A DNA stretch of 64,000 nucleotides from an uncultured bacterium (lineage in GTDB: Bacteria > Patescibacteriota > Microgenomatia > Levybacterales > UBA12049): assembly GCA_963826535.1 (NCBI GenBank), contig CAWGXL010000010.1, positions 298,814 through 362,813 on the forward strand, given 5' to 3'. The notes beneath the pieces are model-generated. The model was given only the letters and a program-made list of their open reading frames with translations, ran no database searches and was not told where the DNA came from. Shown in pieces: positions 41,117 to 50,177 of the stretch. The position numbers and the translations under genes were made by a program. Positions within the stretch are counted from its first letter, which is position 1. Every line of letters starts with the position of its first letter.

Positions 41117-41933
41117 TTCAAAAATTTACGACAAAGATTATTATCTGCATTCATGTTTGGGTTTTGAAGAATTTAAAAAATTTAAAGGTAAAAGGGTCCA
41201 TCTTCTAGGTGAAAAGTTTCTAGATCGAATTTCTATAATGCCTGGAATGAAAGTCCTAGACATTGGCTGCGGTAGAGGAGATCTGGCAATTGAATGTGCA
41301 AGAAGAGGAGCAAAAGCAACAGGTATAGATTACTCGGAAGACGGAATAGAAATTGCAAAGAGCTCATTGAAAAAGCAAAAATTGAATATTCAGAAAAATG
41401 TAAGTTTCTTTAAAATGGATTCAAAGAAACTGGAATTTGAAATCAATTCCTTTGATATAATTACATCTTATGACGTGTTTGAACATCTTTATAAAGATGA
41501 ACTGGAAATAGTAATGAATGAAATCTCCCGGGTTTTAAAGCCGAAAGGAATTCTATTAGTTCATACAGAAACTAATAAAATCTATTTAGATTTCACTCAT
41601 CATATTTGGTCTTACCCTTTAGATCAATTATTAATAAAAATTAACAAATTAATAACAAAAAAAGAATATCCCGGTTTACCGAAAGACCCACGGAACGAAC
41701 TTCATAAAAAGCAACATGTAAATGAACCAACCTACTTTTATCTAAGAAATCTTTTTATACGGCATTTATTTTCTGGCAAAATAATATCGCTTATTCCTAA
41801 GAAGCAAATATTTAGTTGGAAAGACAAAATCCATAATATACTTATTTCCCTTTATCCTATTTCTGGTTTCTTTCCTTTTCATCTTCTTTTTGCACATGAT
41901 TATATTTGCATTATGAAAAACAGTAAAAAATAA
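41103..41933 (+). CDS. Class I SAM-dependent methyltransferase
   Basis: VLDIGCGRG, GIDYS, FDII..DVFEHL, RVLKPKG. Confidence 0.92.
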   Translation: MKSVDSKIYDKDYYLHSCLGFEEFKKFKGKRVHLLGEKFLDRISIMPGMKVLDIGCGRGDLAIECARRGAKATGIDYSEDGIEIAKSSLKKQKLNIQKNVSFFKMDSKKLEFEINSFDIITSYDVFEHLYKDELEIVMNEISRVLKPKGILLVHTETNKIYLDFTHHIWSYPLDQLLIKINKLITKKEYPGLPKDPRNELHKKQHVNEPTYFYLRNLFIRHLFSGKIISLIPKKQIFSWKDKIHNILISLYPISGFFPFHLLFAHDYICIMKNSKK

Positions 41934-43064
41934 ATGAAAATAGCAATCTTTCATGAACTGCATTCAGGCGGCGCAAGAAGATCTGTAAATGAATTCGCTA
42001 AAAGACTTAAGAAAAACCATATTGTCGATCTATACTTTGTAGATGAATTAAAAAACGACAATGAAAAGACTTTCTTCAGCAATGTCAATTATTATAAATT
42101 TATCCCAAAGAAATGGACTGGCAATGATTGGAAAACAAAATTATATAAAGACACTATTGAACTAATTAAACTTTATATTTTACACAAGAAAATTGCAATT
42201 GAGATTGACAGTAAAAAATATGACATTGTATTCATAGATCCGTCTAGGTTTACACAAGCGCCTTTTATTTTAAGATTTCTTAAGACCAAAAAAATATATT
42301 ATTGTCAGGAGCCTCTTAGGATGGTTTATGAAGAAGTATTTGATATAAAAAAAGATTTACACCCTCTAAAATTTCTTTACGAAAAATTAAATAGGTTAAT
42401 CAGAAAAAAAATAGACAATAAAAATATCAAATATGCTGATCTAATTATTGCGAATTCAAAGTATACCCAAAGCAATATCATGAAATCTTATGGCTTAAAA
42501 AGTACTTTTAGTTATATGGGAGTAGATACACAAGTATTTAAACCGGTCGAAATTAAAAAAGATATTGACATATTATTTATTGGAGCGTTTGAGTTTAGTG
42601 ATGGCTATAACTTATTTGAAAATGCAAAAAAATTTTTAAAGTCAAAAGCAAATATAAAAATTCTAGCTTCTGAAAAACAATGGATATCAAATGACCTAAT
42701 GATAAGAAACCTCTATTGCCGCTCCAGGTTAGTACTGGCATTAGCATTTAATGAGCCTTTTGGACTAATACCAATAGAAGCTATGGCATGTGGAGTTCCG
42801 GTTGTAGCAGTAAATGAAGGAGGGTATAAAGAGACTATTATTGATGGCGAAACTGGTTTTCTCGTTTCTAGAAATCCTAAAATTCTTGCTCAAAAACTAG
42901 ATTTTCTTTTAACACATCAATTGATCCTACAAAAAACGGGAGACAACGCACGTCGGAAAGTTACATCCCGCTGGACATGGGAAAAAAGTACTAATAAACT
43001 TGAAAACATATTGTTGAAGCACAATTCGCCGTCTGATTCTTACCCTCGTCTTACCAATTTCTAA
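41934..43064 (+). CDS. Glycosyltransferase family 4
   Basis: SGGARR, YYCQEP, IANS, EPFGLIPIEAMACGVPVV. Confidence 0.92.
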   Translation: MKIAIFHELHSGGARRSVNEFAKRLKKNHIVDLYFVDELKNDNEKTFFSNVNYYKFIPKKWTGNDWKTKLYKDTIELIKLYILHKKIAIEIDSKKYDIVFIDPSRFTQAPFILRFLKTKKIYYCQEPLRMVYEEVFDIKKDLHPLKFLYEKLNRLIRKKIDNKNIKYADLIIANSKYTQSNIMKSYGLKSTFSYMGVDTQVFKPVEIKKDIDILFIGAFEFSDGYNLFENAKKFLKSKANIKILASEKQWISNDLMIRNLYCRSRLVLALAFNEPFGLIPIEAMACGVPVVAVNEGGYKETIIDGETGFLVSRNPKILAQKLDFLLTHQLILQKTGDNARRKVTSRWTWEKSTNKLENILLKHNSPSDSYPRLTNF

Positions 43065-43092
43065 AGTTAAAATTTTAATATTGTACTAGTAT
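43039..43092 (+). promoter_or_regulatory. Regulon-type promoter A: 11-bp phased CTTAC repeats plus -10 box
   Basis: CTTACC(43039), CTTACC(43050), CTAAAG(43061); TAGTAT at 43087, 37 bp after 43050. Confidence 0.6.
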
Positions 43093-43119
43093 TAAGTATT
43101 AATCAGGAGTTATATAAAT

Positions 43120-43392
43120 ATGGCAGATACTACAATGTTACGATCATATATAGACAGTTCAGTATACAAAAGAGATCAGGCAAGGCAGTATATAGACTCT
43201 TATATGAAACAAGCTGAACAATACGAGCAACAAGCGCAGACTTATATGAAACAAGCTGATGATTATAGACAACGAGCTCTACAGTATCAAACGGATGAAC
43301 AACAGGCTCAAAAAGATTTAGATTATTATCAACAACAAGTAACAGAGGCCGAACAGGAAGCATTACAAGCTTTACAGGAATCCGCCGGTTAG
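43120..43392 (+). CDS. Small Gln/Tyr-rich coiled-coil protein with internal 14-aa periodicity
   Basis: SD AGGAG; YMKQA occurs twice; 19-bp direct repeat CTTATATGAAACAAGCTGA at 43199 and 43241. Confidence 0.75.
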   Translation: MADTTMLRSYIDSSVYKRDQARQYIDSYMKQAEQYEQQAQTYMKQADDYRQRALQYQTDEQQAQKDLDYYQQQVTEAEQEALQALQESAG

Positions 43393-43442
43393 ACAAACAA
43401 CCCCTTGAAAATTACAGATGACTCTGCTATCTTACAAGCAAC

Positions 43443-43931
43443 ATGATCCTCAAATTTATATATACATTATTTATTGGTATCCTCCTTGCTCTTTTTGTAG
43501 GCTTTGGAATAGCTGCATTCTATGAAGAACCAAAATATCCGGAACCTCCAATTAGTTTAAGATATCCTTCACCTTTATACTTGGAATCGAAAGAAAGTAC
43601 AATTGCCTCGCAACCTACAAAAGGTCAAATTGAGCAGGAAAAGCAACAGAAAAAATTCCAAAAGGACATAGAAGTATATAATAGAAATGTTTCCGTCATC
43701 GGTCTAATCTCGGCAATTATTTTTTTAATTATAAGCTTGCTTCTTGTAAAAAATTTACTTTTAATTTCCGATGGGCTACTACTTGGAGGAGTTTTTACTT
43801 TGCTTTATAGTATAGGGCGTGGATTTGCCAGTCATGACAATAAATTTCAATTTATTGCAGTCGCTATTGGACTGGTAATATCATTAATCCTGGGTTATAT
43901 AAAGTTTATAAAATCTGCCTCCAAAAAATAG
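43443..43931 (+). CDS. Hypothetical membrane protein (4 TM)
   Basis: One TM helix, a soluble loop, then three TM helices; GLLLGGVFTLLYS. Confidence 0.8.
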   Translation: MILKFIYTLFIGILLALFVGFGIAAFYEEPKYPEPPISLRYPSPLYLESKESTIASQPTKGQIEQEKQQKKFQKDIEVYNRNVSVIGLISAIIFLIISLLLVKNLLLISDGLLLGGVFTLLYSIGRGFASHDNKFQFIAVAIGLVISLILGYIKFIKSASKK

Positions 43932-43939
43932 TGTTCTCT

Positions 43940-43994
43940 TCTTTCTGAACGCTTACAGTAATTTTGTTGAACTCTCACTGTTAAGTCATATCAT
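43940..43994 (+). promoter_or_regulatory. Regulon-type promoter B (KGG gene)
   Basis: CTTTCT, CTTACA, TTTGTT, CTCACT at 43941, 43952, 43963, 43974; TATCAT at 43989; 41/55 ungapped identity to 44300-44354. Confidence 0.72.
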
Positions 43995-44038
43995 TAAACT
44001 TGAACAAGTAACTATATGTAAAAAGGAGGTGATAAAAT

Positions 44039-44224
44039 ATGGTATACAAAACAAAAAAAAGTGGTAGGGGTTTTGCCTCAATGAATCCTGATAAACAAAG
44101 ATTAATTGCGAGCAAAGGTGGAAAAGCAGCGCACCAAAAAGGTACTGCACACCAATGGACTAGCGAAGAAGCTCGGGCTGCAGGACAAATAGGCGGTAGA
44201 GCACGCCAAAGAAAAATAGCTTAA
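44039..44224 (+). CDS. KGG-repeat general stress protein (YciG/GsiB-like)
   Basis: RGFASMNPDKQRLIASKGGKAAHQKGTAHQWTSEEARAAG; SD AGGAGGTGA. Confidence 0.92.
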   Translation: MVYKTKKSGRGFASMNPDKQRLIASKGGKAAHQKGTAHQWTSEEARAAGQIGGRARQRKIA

Positions 44225-44240
44225 TTTTTATTAAATACCG

Positions 44241-44277
44241 GAAAAAATACTCGTTTTTAAAAAGCGGGTATTTTTTT
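44241..44277 (+). terminator. Intrinsic terminator
   Basis: AAAAAATACTCG...CGGGTATTTTTTT hairpin ending in a T tract. Confidence 0.7.
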
Positions 44278-44279
44278 GC

Positions 44280-44299
44280 CCTGCCTGCCGGCAGGCAGG
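44280..44299. repeat. Perfect 20-bp palindrome CCTGCCTGCCGGCAGGCAGG
   Basis: Self reverse-complementary; a half copy CCGGCAGGCA lies at 1064-1073 inside rnj. Confidence 0.85.
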
Positions 44300-44354
44300 T
44301 CTTTCTCATTACTTACAATATTTTTGTTCAACTCTTATTGATAAGTATTACTAT
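44300..44354 (+). promoter_or_regulatory. Regulon-type promoter C (GlsB/YeaQ gene)
   Basis: CTTTCT, CTTACA, TTTGTT, CTTATT at 44301, 44312, 44323, 44334; TACTAT at 44349. Confidence 0.72.
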
Positions 44355-44395
44355 ACTCAAGTGATTCTAATAAACAGAGAGGAGGTGAATTAAAT

Positions 44396-44647
44396 ATGAA
44401 TATTATATCCTGGATAATATTTGGATTAATTGTCGGAATAATAGCAAATGCTATTGATCCAGAACCAGCTCGTGGAGGATTGTTAAATGCAATGCTTCTT
44501 GGTATTGTAGGAGCACTCATTGGTGGATTTTTGGCAGATCTTATATTCGGCGTAAATGTCACCGGATTTAATTTAACTTCGTTCTTAATCGCGGTTGCCG
44601 GTTCCCTGATATTGCTCTTTATAGGAAGAGCAATGAGGAGAGCTTAG
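44396..44647 (+). CDS. GlsB/YeaQ/YmgE family stress-response membrane protein
   Basis: MNIISWIIFGLIVGIIA..LLGIVGALIGGFL..SFLIAVAGS; SD AGGAGGTGA. Confidence 0.93.
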   Translation: MNIISWIIFGLIVGIIANAIDPEPARGGLLNAMLLGIVGALIGGFLADLIFGVNVTGFNLTSFLIAVAGSLILLFIGRAMRRA

Positions 44648-44702
44648 TCGCTAAGGTATAAAACCTAGGTGACCAAATCCCAAGTAAAGGAGGTGAAAAA
44701 AT

Positions 44703-45029
44703 ATGACAAATGATCAAAACAAAAATGAAGATCATAATAATAAAAAAGGAATAAGTGCTGCGAAGGCAGGAGCCGTAGGGCTTCTGCTTGGAGCAGCAGG
44801 AACTGCCGCTCTGGTGCTGTCTGATCGTGAAATGCGAAAAAGAGCAACTAAAAAAGCAGGAGAAATGAGTCATACTATTGGTATATGGAGCAATAAAACA
44901 ATAAAAAATCTCCAGGGCACAACTGAAAAAACAAAAGAAAATTTAAAAGAGAATATTACAGAGTTAAAAGAAAAGCAAAAAGAAATTGACTCAAACGCAA
45001 AAGATAAGCTCGCGCGCAGTATCCACTAA
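44703..45029 (+). CDS. YtxH-like protein (Gly/Ala-rich TM helix plus coiled coil)
   Basis: GAVGLLLGAAGTAALVLSDREMRK followed by a charged coiled coil; SD AGGAGGTGA. Confidence 0.7.
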   Translation: MTNDQNKNEDHNNKKGISAAKAGAVGLLLGAAGTAALVLSDREMRKRATKKAGEMSHTIGIWSNKTIKNLQGTTEKTKENLKENITELKEKQKEIDSNAKDKLARSIH

Positions 45030-45034
45030 GCATT

Positions 45035-45079
45035 AAAAAAGAAGGAGCAGAAATAATAATTATCTTCTCCTTCTTTTTT
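45035..45079. terminator. Bidirectional intrinsic terminator
   Basis: AAAAAAGAAGGAG...CTCCTTCTTTTTT between convergent genes. Confidence 0.8.
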
Positions 45080-45082
45080 GTG

Positions 45083-45793
45083 TTAAAGTAAGTAATTCAA
45101 CGGAGAATTTTCCTGAGAGGCTAGGAGTAGTTCTTCCTCCAACCTTCTCACATTCTTAATAATAAATAATCTGCCAATCTTCCCCAAGTATCCCTGTTTT
45201 TCCAATTTTTTCATCTCCAACGAAGTAGTTTCACGCGTAACTCCAACCATTGTTGCGATATCACGATGAGTAAGTGGTACCTGAACTACCATATCATTTC
45301 CTTGTTGCTCGCCAAATTTTTTAGCACAAATTAAAAGTGTCGTCGCTACTTTTATATACGCATTGCTAAAAATCAAATATTCAATTCTGGTGAGTACTCC
45401 GTCAAATTTAACTATAATTCTACTCGTCAGTTCAAACAAAACATCCGGATTTGCTTTAATAAAAGCAATAAATTGATCTTGTGGAGATTTCCATAATTCA
45501 AGTTGAGTAATTGATTCTAAGAAATAAGGGTTACTAATAATATTTATTCCGTAGGTAAAAGGAAAAAAGTCTCCCGGCTTTAAAATCATTAGTGTCAATT
45601 CCTCACCCTTTTCCGAAATCCTAAATACACGCAGGTATCCGCTTTTTAAATAAAACACACTTGCTGAACTATCTTGAGCATGAAGTATTAAATCTCTATT
45701 TTTATATCGCAATAACGGAAATATTTTGAAGAATAAATCAAGTTTTGAAAGGCTAACTGAATAGGTTTTTTCTAACATAAAACTATAAGCCAT
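45083..45793 (-). CDS. Crp/Fnr family transcriptional regulator
   Basis: cNMP-binding-like VFYLKSGYLRV..GEELTLMILKPGDFF; HTH LTHRDIATMVGVTRETTS; start placed after TATAAT at 45808-45813. Confidence 0.92.
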   Translation of the reverse strand: MAYSFMLEKTYSVSLSKLDLFFKIFPLLRYKNRDLILHAQDSSASVFYLKSGYLRVFRISEKGEELTLMILKPGDFFPFTYGINIISNPYFLESITQLELWKSPQDQFIAFIKANPDVLFELTSRIIVKFDGVLTRIEYLIFSNAYIKVATTLLICAKKFGEQQGNDMVVQVPLTHRDIATMVGVTRETTSLEMKKLEKQGYLGKIGRLFIIKNVRRLEEELLLASQENSPLNYLL

Positions 45794-45993
45794 CTTATAG
45801 GGAGGCAATTATAAAAAAATGAAGATAATGTAAGAAACTCATAATAAAAGCTTAGTTTTCGAAATAAACCTTGAAACAATTTGATTATTTGCTAAAATAA
45901 TATATCTTGCCCTACTTACTGTCATTCCCCACAGGGGCAGACGAAAGTGACTGCTAGCTAGACAAGAGTAGGGGAATCTTTAAATTTTGTTTT

Positions 45994-47100
45994 ATGGCAA
46001 TATTATTAAAAAAAATAAATAAATCTACACTAAAGCTACTTGAAGCAGAATCATTTCCACAACTCTGTACTATGGTGCTCGAGGAGGCTATACAAGTGAC
46101 CGGCATACCGGCTGGAGAATTATTGCTTCTTTACAATGACAAATTAGAAAAAATATGCTCATCAAAGTTTCCCAAAAAAATAAAATTTAACAAAAACAAT
46201 AAAATTTATAAAATATTAAAAAAAGGAAAAATATTAATTTCACAAAATACTCTTTATATTCCGTTTGTTTACCACTATGAGTCAATAGGAATATTAATTC
46301 TCTTTTCTCCAACCGAGATAAACCTAAACAAGAAAGATATTGACTTATTACAGCTATTTGCAGCAACAATCGCGCTCACTATGAAAAAAACACAATTGCA
46401 CACTCAGGTACAAAATGCGCTTGAAATGAGAGATCGATTTATCTCATTGGCTTCTCATGAACTCCGAACTCCCCTTACTTCCTTAAATGGGTATATCCAA
46501 TTATTACATAGAAAACTTGCACATAAAAACACTCTTGAATCCCGTTGGGTTGAGGAATTATATCAGGAGAGCACAAGACTAACGAATTTAATAAAGGAAT
46601 TATTAGATATAAACCGAATTAAACAAGGACAACTTGAATTTATTTTACACGAGGTAGATGTAGTTGAAGTTATCATGAAGGCAATTGAACGTTTCCGCTT
46701 TATTAACAAGGAAAACGAGGTGATATTTTCAAATAAAATTAATAAGGAGCAGGGAAGAATTATAGGTGATTTCGATAAACTATTACAAATGGTAGCCGCT
46801 TTAATTAGCAATGCCGGTAAATTTTCCAAACCACGATCTAAAATACAAATAATCCTTGAAAGTAACAACCGCGATGTATTGTTAAAAGTTGAAGACCAGG
46901 GAAAAGGAATACCAAAAAAAGAGATAACAAAAATTTTTAACGGTTTCTATAAAATAGGAAAAGAAGAAAAAGAAGGTATGGGTGTTGGGCTCTTGCTTTC
47001 TGAACATATTGTTCAACATCACCATGGCAAAATAGAAATCACATCTCTTGAGAACAAAGGAACTACCATCGAAGTTCAATTACCCCGGATTAAAATATAA
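45994..47100 (+). CDS. Cytoplasmic GAF-domain sensor histidine kinase
   Basis: GAF-like N-terminus, ASHELRTPLT H-box, LISNAGKF N-box, DQGKGI, GMGVGL; no TM segment. Confidence 0.93.
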   Translation: MAILLKKINKSTLKLLEAESFPQLCTMVLEEAIQVTGIPAGELLLLYNDKLEKICSSKFPKKIKFNKNNKIYKILKKGKILISQNTLYIPFVYHYESIGILILFSPTEINLNKKDIDLLQLFAATIALTMKKTQLHTQVQNALEMRDRFISLASHELRTPLTSLNGYIQLLHRKLAHKNTLESRWVEELYQESTRLTNLIKELLDINRIKQGQLEFILHEVDVVEVIMKAIERFRFINKENEVIFSNKINKEQGRIIGDFDKLLQMVAALISNAGKFSKPRSKIQIILESNNRDVLLKVEDQGKGIPKKEITKIFNGFYKIGKEEKEGMGVGLLLSEHIVQHHHGKIEITSLENKGTTIEVQLPRIKI

Positions 47101-47209
47101 AAAAAACACTATATACAATTTCATATTGTAAGAAAATTCATGTTCAGCTTGACTTAGCTAAAATAATTGTATTAGATATACTTACACATTTTTAACAAAA
47201 GAACTGCCC

Positions 47210-48523
47210 ATGAGTAAAAAGGATCTAACTGAAATTATATATAAATCAATGTTATCAATGGCAACAGAGGAGGGAATTAATGCCTCAGGAAAAGAAGAAA
47301 TCTTTGGTTGCATTTTTGGTCGTGATAGTTTTATAACCATCCTAAAACTTCTAAAGGTCGTAGCCAATAAAGACGCTCAAAACACAATTGATGTTTCCCC
47401 GTTAAAAGAGATGTCGAAAAGAGCGCTAACCACCTTAATTAGCCTGCAAGGAAGAGAAACTAACCTCGAAAGCGGCGAAGAACCAGGTAAATTTATCCAT
47501 GAGTACCGCAAAGACAAATACGAACGTCTCGTAAATCGGTCTGTTCGTCCATGGTTTTTATACCCGGATAAAATTCTGCGCAATTATGATTCTCTTGATT
47601 CCACCCCTTTGGGTCTTATCGCGATCTATAAGTTTTGGCATACGACCGGAGACGATGCTTTTCTTATTAAATCACTACCATCAATTGAAGCAGGATTAAA
47701 CTGGATAATTACTTATGGAGATAGGGATAAAGACCAGCTTCTCGAGTATGAATTTCCAAAAAATCGCATTCATGGTGGCTTACAAGTCCAGTCATGGACC
47801 GATTCTAAGGAATCCTTACTTAGCTTAGATGGTACTTTCCCAATGTATCCAATTGCCCCCGTTGAAGTTCAGGGATACGCGTGGTTAGCTCTTAAATTAT
47901 GGTCTGATTTCTATAATGATCCATCTCATAAATATACCGGGTCTGAAAATTTCTCTCGCAAATTGAGTAAATATGCAAATCAGATGAAAAAAAAATTTAA
48001 CGAGTGTTTCATATTCGAATCAGAACGATTAAACTATCCCTCGCAGGCATTAGACGGGCAAAAAAAACAAATTCAAACAGTCACAGGTAATCCACTTCTA
48101 CTTCTATGGGCAACTTATGAGAACCAGGGACAACCGGAATCAATTATATACAATGAATACATCCCTCACTTAGTAGAACGGGTATTCAAAGGCGACATGT
48201 TTGATATAGACGCCGGTATTAGGACTATGAGCGCAATGGCTTCCACTTATATCGAAGGCCAAAATTCCTATCACAACGGAAGTTTCTGGCCAAAACTCAA
48301 TGGCCTAAGCCATGAAGGATTAAGTAATTGGGGATATATCAAGGAAGCTAATCTATTGCATAATGCAACTTTAAGACCCATAGAATTCTTCGGTTCTGCA
48401 ATCGAAGTATATGTAAAATCTGTCTCAGGTCAATACCTTCCATATCGTAATGAAAGTGGCCGGGAAGGCTGCCGTCAACAAGCCTGGTCCGCCGCCGCCG
48501 CCCTCGATCTCCTCACCTTATAA
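47210..48523 (+). CDS. Glycogen-debranching / amylo-alpha-1,6-glucosidase-like (alpha/alpha)6 glycoside hydrolase
   Basis: IFGRDS, EEPGKFIHE, YDSLDSTPL, QSWTDS, PVEVQGY, YHNGSFWP, QAWSAAA. Confidence 0.88.
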   Translation: MSKKDLTEIIYKSMLSMATEEGINASGKEEIFGCIFGRDSFITILKLLKVVANKDAQNTIDVSPLKEMSKRALTTLISLQGRETNLESGEEPGKFIHEYRKDKYERLVNRSVRPWFLYPDKILRNYDSLDSTPLGLIAIYKFWHTTGDDAFLIKSLPSIEAGLNWIITYGDRDKDQLLEYEFPKNRIHGGLQVQSWTDSKESLLSLDGTFPMYPIAPVEVQGYAWLALKLWSDFYNDPSHKYTGSENFSRKLSKYANQMKKKFNECFIFESERLNYPSQALDGQKKQIQTVTGNPLLLLWATYENQGQPESIIYNEYIPHLVERVFKGDMFDIDAGIRTMSAMASTYIEGQNSYHNGSFWPKLNGLSHEGLSNWGYIKEANLLHNATLRPIEFFGSAIEVYVKSVSGQYLPYRNESGREGCRQQAWSAAAALDLLTL

Positions 48524-48715
48524 GACATACGGCCTAAGAGTTTCGCCACGCAATAGTTTTTAGGAATTAATCCAAGTATGATTTCCAAACTAATTTAATC
48601 CAATTTTCAGACAATTTCGAGGCTCGTTTTTTAAGTATATTCTTTTATGGTTTTTTTGCGTGCTCGACTACTGGTTGAATATTATTAATATATATTATAT
48701 AATATAGGTCATTAT

Positions 48716-50161
48716 ATGGCAGAAAAAGAAACAAGAGGGCAAGGTAATCAAGAAGTAGCCGAAAATAAAGTACCAACTGCAGCTTTCTCAGAGCGGAAAA
48801 TTTTTATTGCTCAAGGAAAAGGAGCCGAACGGTTCGCTGAAAGAATGAGAGCAACTGATCCTGATGAATTACAGCGATTACTAGAGCAAAGAGAAAAATA
48901 TGAACCACCGAAACTAATTGATGCAGTGCGGGACGGATTTCGCCGGGTAAGTCGGGATCTTATAGGGCGAGAAGACACTTTGAACCAGACTTTTTTGGCA
49001 CTGCTTACCCGCGAACATCAGCTTATTTATAGCAAAGCAGGCACAGCGAAAACTTTGTTGGCTTCATCGGTATTTAATCAATTCGATAATGCAAGAGTAT
49101 TTTCTATTCAGTTTACAAAAGGAACCCCAGAAGAGGCTGTAGTAGGCGGAGTGGATTTAACTGAATTAAAAAATGGAAGGGTAAAACATAATACTAGAGG
49201 AACAATTGTAGATGCCAGACTAGCCTTTTTGGATGAACTATTTGACGCAAATGATGTGACGCTTCGGTCTATTCTCGGAATCCTTAACGAGAGGTGGTTT
49301 AAAAAGGGAAGTCAAGAAGAAAGAGCATTAATGCATACAGCTATAGCCGCGACTAATTATATCCGCTCTACAGATGTAACTGAGGCAGTAATAGATCGTT
49401 TTGCTTTTAGATCTTTCATAATCCCCAATCAAAATGCATATGATTTATTACGTATAGATAAGGCATATGCAGAATCAGTCGGTAAAGTCCGACAACCGAA
49501 TAAAAAAATTCCATTTGATTATATTGATTACCTGGCTGATATAGTTGAAGGAGAAATTGAAGGGAGAGAGATTAAGTCTCCACCCCATGTTCTATTTTTA
49601 AAAAATGAAATCATAAGAGAGTATCTTGATTTAATAAATACTGACAGAAAGGCAAATGATAAACCTGAACTATACTTAAGTCCAAGGACTATTGCGAAAG
49701 CTCGGGATGTATTGAATGCATCCGCATTGCTCCATAACCGTCAAGAGACGACTATAGAAGATCTAAATGCATTGAAATATATGATCTGTACACTAGGAAG
49801 TCCTGATGAAGATCAAGTGAAGGTATTTGAAAACGCAAAAAGGAATGTTAAAGGATCTGTAAACAGACATGATCTTGAAACTGTTGATACTTTAATAAAT
49901 ACAAATGATGTGCTTGAACAAATTATTGAAGCAAAAGAAACCGGAATACCACTGGATCTTAGACTTCTGGATAGAATAAAACTTTTTCTCGGAATAACAT
50001 CACTGTCGGAATTAACTTTTTCACAAATAGTCCAGGTTGTAAATAGGGCAAGACCATCGAATCCGAGAGTTGCAGAGATTCAAAAAGGGATAGCTTCACG
50101 CATGGCTATTGAAGCCCAGCGCTTTGCATCAACAGGCACTAATAATCCTAATCTTTTTTAA
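48716..50161 (+). CDS. MoxR-family AAA+ ATPase (RavA-like)
   Basis: LIGRED..ALLTREH, Walker A SKAGTAKT, AFLDELF, ILNER, AATN, DRF, LSPRT. Confidence 0.88.
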   Translation: MAEKETRGQGNQEVAENKVPTAAFSERKIFIAQGKGAERFAERMRATDPDELQRLLEQREKYEPPKLIDAVRDGFRRVSRDLIGREDTLNQTFLALLTREHQLIYSKAGTAKTLLASSVFNQFDNARVFSIQFTKGTPEEAVVGGVDLTELKNGRVKHNTRGTIVDARLAFLDELFDANDVTLRSILGILNERWFKKGSQEERALMHTAIAATNYIRSTDVTEAVIDRFAFRSFIIPNQNAYDLLRIDKAYAESVGKVRQPNKKIPFDYIDYLADIVEGEIEGREIKSPPHVLFLKNEIIREYLDLINTDRKANDKPELYLSPRTIAKARDVLNASALLHNRQETTIEDLNALKYMICTLGSPDEDQVKVFENAKRNVKGSVNRHDLETVDTLINTNDVLEQIIEAKETGIPLDLRLLDRIKLFLGITSLSELTFSQIVQVVNRARPSNPRVAEIQKGIASRMAIEAQRFASTGTNNPNLF

Positions 50162-50177
50162 TAGATAGCTTACTATT

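Noticed and set aside
45228-45243. parS-like GTTTCACGCGTAAC
   Set aside because: Imperfect match that lies in the Crp coding sequence and is explained by the VTRET codons
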